DNA from: Candidatus Saccharimonadota bacterium
Lineage (GTDB): Bacteria > Patescibacteriota > Saccharimonadia > Saccharimonadales > Saccharimonadaceae
DNA length: 43,963 nt
NCBI GenBank assembly: GCA_017548735.1
Contig: JAFYZJ010000013.1
Location: 1-43,963, forward strand
Direction: 5' to 3'
The translations under genes were made by a program, and so were the position numbers. This document shows, piece by piece, positions 15,311 to 22,635 of this stretch. How positions within the stretch are numbered: the stretch's first letter is position 1; each line of letters opens with the position of its first letter. The notes beneath the pieces are model-generated. The model worked only from the letters and a program-made list of their open reading frames with translations. It was not told where the DNA came from and ran no database searches.

Positions 15311-15370
15311 AGAACAAGTTAAATTTAAGGTCGGGAGGCGAATAGCCGTTTGTACCGCGAAAGGAATTTC

Positions 15371-16300
15371 ATGGCAACTAAGAAAGATGCCGAAAAACTT
15401 GAGACTCCAGAGGTTGAAACCCCTGTAGTCGAAGAAGCTCCAGTTGAAACTGAAGCTCCAGCTGAAGAAGAAAAATTCGCAAAAGCTGGTAAAAAATCTA
15501 AGAAGCACGTAGAAGAGGTAAAGGCTGAAGAAGAGCGCCAGGCTCGCAAGGCTGAGAAAGCCGCTGAACCAGAAAAGAAAGCTGGTCCAAAGCCAGTTAC
15601 TCGCACTCGCCTCGAACGCCGTGGCAAGAACTACCGCAAGGCAGTCGAAAAGCTCGAAAAAGGCAAGATTTACAACCTTACTGACGCTATCAAGCTCGCT
15701 ATCGAGACTAGCCCAGTAAAGTTTGACGCTACTGTCGAGATGCATTTCCGCCTCGGCGTCGATCCACGTCAGGCCGATCAGAACATCCGCGCTACGGTTA
15801 CCCTTCCAGCTGGTACCGGTAAGACCGTCCGCGTCGCTGTCTTCGCTCCACTCGATGCCGCTAAGGCTGCAAAGGCTGCTGGTGCAGATATCGCCGAAGA
15901 CGAAGAATTCACCAAGCGCCTCGACAAAGAACAGCTCGATTTCGACGTTCTTATCTCTACCCCACAGTACATGCCAAAGCTCGGTAAGTACGCTCGCTTG
16001 CTCGGTCCAAAGGGCCTCATGCCAAATCCAAAGGCTGGTACCGTTACCACCGATATCGAGAAGGCTGTTAAGGAAGCTAAGGCCGGTAAGATCGAGTACC
16101 GCGTCGACAAACAAGCTATCGTTCACGTTGGTCTCGGTAAGGTTAGCTTCGGTGCTGACAAGATTGCCGAAAACATCAACGCTTTCATCGAGAGCTTGAA
16201 GAGCCAGAAGCCTGCATCCATCAAGGGTCAGTACGTGAAGTCCGTCTTCATCAGCACCACGATGGGTCCAAGCATCCAGGTCGAAAATATCTACAACTAA
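15371..16300 (+). CDS. rplA: 50S ribosomal protein L1 with an N-terminal Glu/Lys-rich extension of about 80 aa
   Basis: The core, from KNYRKAVEKLEKGKIYNLTDAIKL onward, is typical L1 (FDATVEMHFRLGVDPRQADQNIRATVTLP). No in-frame alternative start lies between 15371 and the core. Confidence 0.9.
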   Translation: MATKKDAEKLETPEVETPVVEEAPVETEAPAEEEKFAKAGKKSKKHVEEVKAEEERQARKAEKAAEPEKKAGPKPVTRTRLERRGKNYRKAVEKLEKGKIYNLTDAIKLAIETSPVKFDATVEMHFRLGVDPRQADQNIRATVTLPAGTGKTVRVAVFAPLDAAKAAKAAGADIAEDEEFTKRLDKEQLDFDVLISTPQYMPKLGKYARLLGPKGLMPNPKAGTVTTDIEKAVKEAKAGKIEYRVDKQAIVHVGLGKVSFGADKIAENINAFIESLKSQKPASIKGQYVKSVFISTTMGPSIQVENIYN

Positions 16301-16317
16301 TCTAGATGCATCAAAAA

Positions 16318-16342
16318 AGTTCCGGTTTGACCGGAACTTTTT
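16318..16342. terminator. bidirectional intrinsic terminator
   Basis: AGTTCCGG / CCGGAACT stem flanked by A- and T-runs. Confidence 0.7.
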
Positions 16343-16352
16343 GTTTGGTTAA

Positions 16353-17438
16353 CTACTTGAGTTTGATGTAGCTATCTTTGTTAGTGAGCCACTTTTCAAT
16401 CTCAGTGATAGTCTTGGCCTCCCAATCAGCTGACCATTTGCTGGTACTATGAATCGATTGTGGATGGTCGTAGTACACGTTGCGACCGCCGTCGGAGCCG
16501 ATACCGGAAATGATTGGCGTACCGAGGAGATTGTTATCCTTGAAGGCTGGATTAACTCTACCGATAGTAATGGAACCGAGAATTACGAATCCATCCTCGA
16601 CGCCATCTTCGATAAATTCAGGCGCACTCTGATGGTCGACACCAGTAACAGCGGCGCTGACGGTGAGCGTACTGTAGTTGCCCTCAAAGGTGCTACTGCT
16701 AGCATCGCCCATGTTGAACTGGTCGTAGTTGAAGCTCAAGTAGGTGAGCGTATCAGGAACCTTGAGGGCATAATCGTAGCCATCAAGATAGATATAGCGC
16801 GTGTTAGCTGGAGCGGCGATTGGCGTATCAGTTGGCTGATCTGCCGTACCTGGGGTAGCCGGCGTCTTAGTGCCTTCAACCTTCGAAACAACCTCGCGAC
16901 CGAGGAACTTAGTCGTACCATCAAATAGGAATAGATATGCAGCGGCACCACAGCCAGCGATGGCGAGTAATGCAAAGATGATCGTTGCTACTTTCCAGCC
17001 TGCGCCGGTCTTTGCTTTTGGTTCTTCTACGGAATCAATCTTCATATATGCTTTGTTCTCCTCTTTGTCTTTCCAGTCTTCTTCTTCAGCCTTAGCATCT
17101 TCTTCGATGGCCTCTTCGGCAGCTTCTTCTGCCTTTTCGGCTTCAATTTTCTTTGCTTCGGCAATCTTCTTCTCTTCAATCGGGTCCTCCGGGTCGACTT
17201 CCGGCTCAATGTCTGCTGGATCGACAGGAACTTCTATATCATCGTCAAAGACATCAATTTTCTTAGTAGACTTCACCTCGACGCGGCCTTCATCTTCATC
17301 AAGCGCCTCAATAGCGTCTTCGAGGTCTTCGCGTGCGGTTTTTTCTTCGCGAGCATCATCTTGCCCACCATGATTGTGCAATTCGTTTGCGTCGTGGCCA
17401 CCCTGGCTTCGGACAAAACGATTTTCTTCATCGCTCAT
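16353..17438 (-). CDS. membrane-anchored protein: acidic N-terminal region, single TM helix, C-terminal extracytoplasmic domain
   Basis: 361 aa. The N-terminal roughly 145 aa are Glu/Asp-rich. The TM helix is WKVATIIFALLAIAGCGAAAYLFLF. No catalytic motif recognised. Confidence 0.7.
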   Translation of the reverse strand: MSDEENRFVRSQGGHDANELHNHGGQDDAREEKTAREDLEDAIEALDEDEGRVEVKSTKKIDVFDDDIEVPVDPADIEPEVDPEDPIEEKKIAEAKKIEAEKAEEAAEEAIEEDAKAEEEDWKDKEENKAYMKIDSVEEPKAKTGAGWKVATIIFALLAIAGCGAAAYLFLFDGTTKFLGREVVSKVEGTKTPATPGTADQPTDTPIAAPANTRYIYLDGYDYALKVPDTLTYLSFNYDQFNMGDASSSTFEGNYSTLTVSAAVTGVDHQSAPEFIEDGVEDGFVILGSITIGRVNPAFKDNNLLGTPIISGIGSDGGRNVYYDHPQSIHSTSKWSADWEAKTITEIEKWLTNKDSYIKLK

Positions 17439-17507
17439 TAAGTGATTCTCCTTATGCTTATAATTTTAGCAATAAAAAATACGCCCCGCAAGAGGCGATG
17501 GGCGTAT

Positions 17508-17717
17508 TTAGCGTTTCTTTTCCTTGACTTCGTTGCGGCCGAGGTTTTTCTTGGTCTCGGTGAAGACAACGTGCTTGCGAAGTACTGGATCGTACTTGCG
17601 AAGGCTGAGTTTGTCAGGGGTGTTCATGGTGTTCTTCTTCGTGTAATAAAGGCGAATACCAGATTCCTCAGAAACTAGACCGACAAGCTTGCGCTTGGTA
17701 TTATTTTTCTTTGCCAT
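17508..17717 (-). CDS. rpmG: 50S ribosomal protein L33
   Basis: [21 protein letters not shown] matches the L33 signature. A short basic C-terminal tail is present. Confidence 0.85.
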   Translation of the reverse strand: MAKKNNTKRKLVGLVSEESGIRLYYTKKNTMNTPDKLSLRKYDPVLRKHVVFTETKKNLGRNEVKEKKR

Positions 17718-17747
17718 ATTGCGTACTATTTTAGCACAAATTTTATG

Positions 17748-17776
17748 TTACCGCAACAGTTCGCGGCTGATATAAT
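17748..17776 (+). promoter_or_regulatory. promoter of trxA (leaderless or near-leaderless)
   Basis: TTACCG, a 17-nt spacer, then TATAAT (17771-17776). The trxA ATG at 17783 lies only 6 nt after the -10. Confidence 0.5.
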
Positions 17777-17782
17777 GGAGTT

Positions 17783-18097
17783 ATGAAGATTATAGAAGGG
17801 ACGGCGGATAATTTCGAGGCCGAAGTGCTCGACGCGAAAGTGCCGGTTTTAGTGGATTTTAACGCAACTTGGTGCCCACCGTGCCAGGCGCTGCACCCGA
17901 TTTTGGAAGAGCTAGCCGACGAAACGGACGAATGCAAAATTGTGACGGTCGATGTTGATGCCGAAGAGCCACTCGCTGGCGCTTATGGGGTTTCTTCGAT
18001 TCCTTGTCTCGTATTTTTTCGCGACGGCACAGAATATGATCGCCGAGTCGGCCTACAGCCAAAGAAGCGCTTAATGAAGATTCTAGGAGTGAAATAA
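17783..18097 (+). CDS. trxA: thioredoxin (WCPPC active site)
   Basis: 104 aa with VLVDFNATWCPPCQ and a typical thioredoxin length and layout. Confidence 0.9.
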   Translation: MKIIEGTADNFEAEVLDAKVPVLVDFNATWCPPCQALHPILEELADETDECKIVTVDVDAEEPLAGAYGVSSIPCLVFFRDGTEYDRRVGLQPKKRLMKILGVK

Positions 18098-18966
18098 TGT
18101 ACGATATCGCGATTATCGGGGGCGGCCCGGCGGGGCTTACAGCAGCCATTTATGCTCGCCGCGCTGGCAAAAAGACGCTGCTACTCGAGGCGACTGCTTG
18201 TGGCGGCCAGATGAACAATACCGGCAAAGTCTCGAATTACCCAGCGCTCGAGGATATTACGGGGCCGCAACTTGCTCAGTCAATGCAAAAACAGGCCGAA
18301 GATCTTGGCGCCGAAATCGCATATGACAGAATTGTTCGGATTGAGCCAGGATTTAAGCTCGTCGGCGAAGAAGATGAATATTTGGCTAAGGCGGTAATTA
18401 TAGCGACCGGTACCGAACCGCGTAAGCTCGGCCTCGATGGCGAAGATCGCCTAGCAGGGATTTCTTATTGCGCAACCTGCGATGGCGGTTTTTACAAGGA
18501 CAAGGTCGTCGCGGTTTATGGCGGCGGCAATTCTGCTGTTCACGAGGCGCTCTACCTCTCTGGAGTTGCCCAAAAAGTTTATCTCATCCACCGCCGCGAA
18601 GAGCTACGTGCGGCCGGCGATGTTGTAGAAAAGCTCCGCAGTAACCAGAAAGTCGAGATGCTGCTCGGCACAAATGTCACGAAGTTGCTTGGTGACAAGA
18701 AGCTGACTGGCATTGAGCTAAGTAGCGGCAAGTCCGTCGAACTAGATGGCCTCTTCGTTGCGATTGGCCGTGAGCCGAAGTGTGATTTCTGTTCAGATTT
18801 AGCCACCGATGGCGAAGGATTTATCGTTGCCGACGAATCCTGTACGACCAGCATTCCTGGCATTTTTGTCGCCGGCGACGTGCGCACAAAAGAATTGCGC
18901 CAGATTGTTACTGCTTCAGCCGACGGTGCCGCCGCCGCCGAAGCCGCGATCAAATACTTGGCATAG
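18097..18966 (+). CDS. trxB: thioredoxin-disulfide reductase
   Basis: IIGGGPAGLTAAIYA (FAD GxGxxG), CATCDG redox centre and GGGNSAVHEA (NADPH site). The start overlaps the trxA stop (TAATG). Confidence 0.9.
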   Translation: MYDIAIIGGGPAGLTAAIYARRAGKKTLLLEATACGGQMNNTGKVSNYPALEDITGPQLAQSMQKQAEDLGAEIAYDRIVRIEPGFKLVGEEDEYLAKAVIIATGTEPRKLGLDGEDRLAGISYCATCDGGFYKDKVVAVYGGGNSAVHEALYLSGVAQKVYLIHRREELRAAGDVVEKLRSNQKVEMLLGTNVTKLLGDKKLTGIELSSGKSVELDGLFVAIGREPKCDFCSDLATDGEGFIVADESCTTSIPGIFVAGDVRTKELRQIVTASADGAAAAEAAIKYLA

Positions 18967-18994
18967 AAAAGACCCGCGTACTTGCGGGTCTTTT
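18967..18994. terminator. bidirectional intrinsic terminator
   Basis: GACCCGC / GCGGGTC stem flanked by AAAA and TTTT. Confidence 0.7.
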
Positions 18995-19000
18995 AGACAA

Positions 19001-19444
19001 TTAGCTGTCAGTGCAGCGAGCCATTCCGTTGAAGTGTTTCTTCGAGATGTGTTCATCAATTGCATCGACGATATCATCTAAATCATAATCATCGATTTCG
19101 CTTTCATCTTCGCGGAGCTTCCCTTTAATAGTGACGTCGATGTAGTAAAGATCATACTCAAAGTCCGCCGGTAATGCGATGCAATCGCAACCAATTGCCG
19201 TCATGCCTTCAATTCTAGTGCCACGATCGAAAGCAAGATTATCTCTCTCATCATTCGAAATACGGCAACTATACAAGTGTTCGCCGTCAGTAGAGTCAAT
19301 GACATCGATTTCAATTTCGAGTATCGCATTCCCAGTTACCGCCAGCGTCAGAACACAGTCGCGCTCGAGATCATTGATTGTCTCTGCGAGGTCTGTATCA
19401 AAGGGGCCTTCCGGATCATAGTAATCCTTTACGTAAACTTTCAA
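19001..19444 (-). CDS. highly acidic small hypothetical protein
   Basis: 147 aa with a TTG start 6 nt after AGAGGTGA. Own promoter on the minus strand: TTGATA, 16 nt, TATAAT (19531-19504). Very Asp/Glu-rich. Confidence 0.6.
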   Translation of the reverse strand: MKVYVKDYYDPEGPFDTDLAETINDLERDCVLTLAVTGNAILEIEIDVIDSTDGEHLYSCRISNDERDNLAFDRGTRIEGMTAIGCDCIALPADFEYDLYYIDVTIKGKLREDESEIDDYDLDDIVDAIDEHISKKHFNGMARCTDS

Positions 19445-19547
19445 GGGTAATCACCTCTTTTCATAAAATACTTGCCCGTATATTACGAGCACTAGTTAGC
19501 GATATTATAGCATGATTTTGCGGATTATCAATGAGGCGGCTTTTTGC

Positions 19548-19576
19548 TTGAATTTTACCAGAGTTTATGCTAAAAT
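19548..19576 (+). promoter_or_regulatory. promoter of tRNA-Thr
   Basis: TTGAAT, a 17-nt spacer, then TGcTAAAAT. The -10 ends 12 nt before the tRNA 5' end. Confidence 0.55.
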
Positions 19577-19588
19577 CAATGACAGGTT

Positions 19589-19663
<75 letters not shown>

Positions 19664-19682
19664 TTTTTTTAGGCATTAATTA

Positions 19683-19711
19683 TTGCATTTCTTTTTAAAA
19701 CATGATAAAAT
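19683..19711 (+). promoter_or_regulatory. sigma-70 promoter of an orphan transcription unit
   Basis: TTGCAT (19683-19688), a 17-nt spacer, then TAAAAT (19706-19711). Confidence 0.5.
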
Positions 19712-19820
19712 TGATTCCACGTTTGATCGCCCTCGATATGGGTTGGGATAGCTAACTACCGCTTTCCGGGCGCATGGCCCGTCCGACATAGATACATATG
19801 GATAGTGAGGTGAAAAGCAG

Positions 19821-20039
19821 ATGCAAGCAAGCCGTAAAGATCAAATTTTCAAATTCAAGGTATCGTTCTTTAGGACAAAAACAAGTACGGAACCACTCAA
19901 AGTGATTCCCAACTGTCCGATTCTCGCACATTCGCGTAAGGAAGCCACGTTTGGCGCCAATAATTACGCAACGAGAATCGTGAACGATCCGAGCAATGAC
20001 TTCGGGCACTATACAGTCAGCCTGAACGAGTATTGCTAG
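19821..20039 (+). CDS. small hypothetical protein (72 aa)
   Basis: A GAGGTG RBS precedes the ATG. A terminator-like hairpin (AGCCCTGG / CCGGGGCT) follows at about 20047-20072. The antisense ORF 19752-20042 looks non-coding. Confidence 0.4.
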   Translation: MQASRKDQIFKFKVSFFRTKTSTEPLKVIPNCPILAHSRKEATFGANNYATRIVNDPSNDFGHYTVSLNEYC

Positions 20040-20097
20040 CACCTCAGCCCTGGGCGACGTCGTCCGGGGCTTTATTCATGCGTGTTATAATTACCAC

Positions 20098-20991
20098 ATG
20101 GCCAAAACTACAGAATTCAAGATTACCAAGAAACGCAAAGCCGTTTGGAACGCCGAAATGAAGCTCGCCAAAGAGCTCATCCGCGTTTGCAAGAAAAATA
20201 ACCTAAAGATTTTTATCGATAGCGGCACGCTACTTGGCGCCGTCCGCCATGGCGGATTCATCCCCTGGGACGACGATATCGATTTCGTAATGATGCGCGA
20301 AGACTACGACAAGCTCCAAGAAATCGCAAAGAAGGAATTCGAGAAGCCTTTCCATTTCCAGACTCCATATACCGACAAGGGCTATTATCATCCACACGCA
20401 CAGCTTCGCCTCGACGGCACGACCGCAATTCTCGAAGACAACGGTGACGCTTTCGACTTTCATCAGGGCATCTTCGTCGATATTTTTCCGATTGACTATA
20501 TTTCCATTAACCCAAAGACCAACAAAAAGATTATTCGTAAGCTAAAGACCCTCGGCATACTTATGCGCGCCTCGGTCGATCCGCGCAAACGCGGCAATTT
20601 CGTCAAAAATGCCGCCGTTTCTGCGCTCAGAATCTTCCATTTTGACTCCGTGAAGCTTTTCAAAAAATACGAAAAGATTATTCGCAACATCCCGAAAAAG
20701 TCCTACAAACTTGCCAAGGTTTCCCTCTATGCGGACGTCAACGAATACCGCAAAGCTTTGCCAGAGAGCTACTTCGAAAAAATGATTGAAATGAAGTTCG
20801 AGAATACGACTTTGCCTGGCCCAGCTAACGCCGATGATATCCTTACGCTTTTCTACGGCAAAGATTACATGACGCCAAAACAAGTCTCGTCCGACCACAA
20901 AGGCGTACTTTTCTCCACCACCGAAGATTACAAAAAAGTCCTCAAGAAATTGCGCAGTGGCAACATCAAGAAAGAGGACTACTGGCTTTAG
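20098..20991 (+). CDS. licD: LicD-family phosphotransferase (phosphocholine / glycopolymer phosphotransferase family)
   Basis: DSGTLLGAVRHGGFIPWDDDIDF is the LicD signature. An extended -10, TGtTATAAT (20083-20091), lies 6 nt before the ATG, so the mRNA is probably leaderless. Confidence 0.8.
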   Translation: MAKTTEFKITKKRKAVWNAEMKLAKELIRVCKKNNLKIFIDSGTLLGAVRHGGFIPWDDDIDFVMMREDYDKLQEIAKKEFEKPFHFQTPYTDKGYYHPHAQLRLDGTTAILEDNGDAFDFHQGIFVDIFPIDYISINPKTNKKIIRKLKTLGILMRASVDPRKRGNFVKNAAVSALRIFHFDSVKLFKKYEKIIRNIPKKSYKLAKVSLYADVNEYRKALPESYFEKMIEMKFENTTLPGPANADDILTLFYGKDYMTPKQVSSDHKGVLFSTTEDYKKVLKKLRSGNIKKEDYWL

Positions 20992-21037
20992 TCAAAAAAC
21001 GGTGTGTTAAAATAGAATAAAGAAAAGTGGAGTTATT

Positions 21038-21469
21038 ATGAGCAAGAAATACCATGTAGGTTATACTTGTGGCGTTTTCGACGTATTCCACGTCGGTCAC
21101 CTAAATTTGCTAGAGCGTTGCAAGGATATGTGCGATATTTTGATTGTTGGCGTCTGCGACGACCGCTACGTGCGCGAAATTAAGCAAAAAGAGCCGGTTT
21201 TCCCAGCCGATCAGCGCGCCAGAATCGTTGAAGCACTCAAAGTCGTCGATAAGGCCGAGGTGGTCGATATCGAGACGACCAACGACAAGATGCTCGCGCT
21301 CAAGAAATTTAAATTCGATGTACTTTTCTCCGGCGACGACTGGAAAGGTTCCGAGCGCTACAAAAAGACAGAAGAGCAATTCGCCAAACTCGGCGCCTCG
21401 ATTGAGTATTTCCCGTACACCAAGGGCATCAGCACAACCGACATTAAAGCGAAGATGAAGAACCTATGA
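21038..21469 (+). CDS. cytidylyltransferase, glycerol-3-phosphate cytidylyltransferase (TagD/TarD)-like
   Basis: GYTCGVFDVFHVGHLNLL contains the HxGH nucleotidyltransferase motif. Size (143 aa) and layout are typical of TagD. Confidence 0.8.
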   Translation: MSKKYHVGYTCGVFDVFHVGHLNLLERCKDMCDILIVGVCDDRYVREIKQKEPVFPADQRARIVEALKVVDKAEVVDIETTNDKMLALKKFKFDVLFSGDDWKGSERYKKTEEQFAKLGASIEYFPYTKGISTTDIKAKMKNL

Positions 21470-22569
21470 CGAAGTCACGCAAAGCGGTGGCAGCGAAGGT
21501 TTTGCCAAAGATTAACTCGTTAACTGGCCTTAAAGTTCTTGCGATGCTCGCCATTTTCTGGCTGCATTCGCCAATCATAAATCCAACAATCGACTTGGGT
21601 GCCCAGGCCTGCCTATTTCTATTTGTCGCCTCCGGTTTTCTCGTTGGCTACAATAGCCTAAAGGTTAAAAATCCTAGTGAACCAACCTGGAAGGATTCGA
21701 TTAGTTATTTTCTCAAGAAATTCAAACAGGTCTGGCTCCTGCATGCGCTTTGCGCAGTCGTAATGCTATTCCTGTTTACTGTACCGATTTTCTCGGGCAC
21801 CACTTTTATTCGCTTTGTCTTGAATCTCCTTTTACTCCAAGCCTGGCAGCCAGATCCGACGAACTATTTCTCATTTAACGGCGCAACTTGGTTCCTTTCG
21901 GCATTACTGTTCTGTTATTTCATGGCGCCACTACTCTGCAAAACGATTCGCCGCGGCAAGAAACATATCATTATCGCGATTATTATCACGGTAATCATCC
22001 GTATTGCAGCCGAATTTACCATGAAGCACTATCCGAACGAAATCTTCACGGTCAGCTCGCACGTCTTCCCACCTGTACGCGCTTGCGAGTTCTACCTTGG
22101 TATTCTCGCGGTACCAGTCTGGAAGTGGCTGAAAGCGAAGTTCGATGCGCTTGCGCCAAAGAAGCGCCTCTTAACCGCTTCTGTTCTCGAGGCGGCCATT
22201 ATCGCTATTTCAGTAGCCGTCCTTTATGCCTTCAGAAGCTCCTGGCTCGTCGGCAACTATCTCTGCATTTACGTGCCGCTGATTATCATCATGGCCTGCG
22301 ATGCCGGCATTATCAGCAAGGTTCTGGGGCTCAAGATTTTCCGCCTCTTCGGCGCAATCCAATTTTCGTTCTATATTATGCACCAGGTCATCATTCGTAT
22401 CTTCAATAAATATTCCGTTCTCGGTGATCAGAGCCGTCGCGTCCGCACGCTTGGTATGTTTGTAACGACTGTCATTCTGGCCATTTTATATAACTACGTC
22501 ATACTCCCGGCAATCATTAAGTTTACAGCTTTCATCAGCGGTAAACTACGCCGTAATGTGGTAAAATAA
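21466..22569 (+). CDS. acyltransferase family 3 integral membrane protein
   Basis: About 10 TM helices. The N-terminal segment GLKVLAMLAIFWLHS is typical of acyltransferase-3 (OatA/OafA-like) proteins. ATGA overlap with the upstream stop. Confidence 0.65.
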   Translation: MTKSRKAVAAKVLPKINSLTGLKVLAMLAIFWLHSPIINPTIDLGAQACLFLFVASGFLVGYNSLKVKNPSEPTWKDSISYFLKKFKQVWLLHALCAVVMLFLFTVPIFSGTTFIRFVLNLLLLQAWQPDPTNYFSFNGATWFLSALLFCYFMAPLLCKTIRRGKKHIIIAIIITVIIRIAAEFTMKHYPNEIFTVSSHVFPPVRACEFYLGILAVPVWKWLKAKFDALAPKKRLLTASVLEAAIIAISVAVLYAFRSSWLVGNYLCIYVPLIIIMACDAGIISKVLGLKIFRLFGAIQFSFYIMHQVIIRIFNKYSVLGDQSRRVRTLGMFVTTVILAILYNYVILPAIIKFTAFISGKLRRNVVK

Positions 22570-22635
22570 TAATAAGCATTAATAGTCTGCGACTGTTTTT
22601 GTGGAGTGAAACATTGACTAAAAATAAGGAGAGTC

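Noticed and set aside
15260-16126. 288-aa minus-strand ORF, and other long ORFs antisense or out of frame to rplA (15325-15627, 15723-16199, 15778-16110)
   Set aside because: They lie entirely inside the well-supported L1 gene. The sequence is low-complexity with no RBS. These are typical shadow ORFs of a codon-biased gene.
17783-18097. The WCPPC (rather than WCGPC) thioredoxin active site as a notable anomaly
   Set aside because: CPPC variants occur in bona fide thioredoxins. The gene is coupled to trxB in the normal way, so it is not unusual enough to report as a finding.
19664-20097. tmRNA, RNase P RNA or another known ncRNA in the gap after tRNA-Thr
   Set aside because: There is no tRNA-like 3' end (no GGTTCGAnTCC T-arm or CCA). 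There is no ANDxxYALAA-type tag frame ending in a stop. The RNase P GAGGAAAGUCCGGGC core is absent on both strands.
21144-22409. Alternative-frame ORFs 21144-21458 and 21888-22409 (Arg/Ser/Pro-rich translations)
   Set aside because: They are out-of-frame readings of the cytidylyltransferase and acyltransferase genes. Their composition is typical of wrong-frame translation and they have no start signals.
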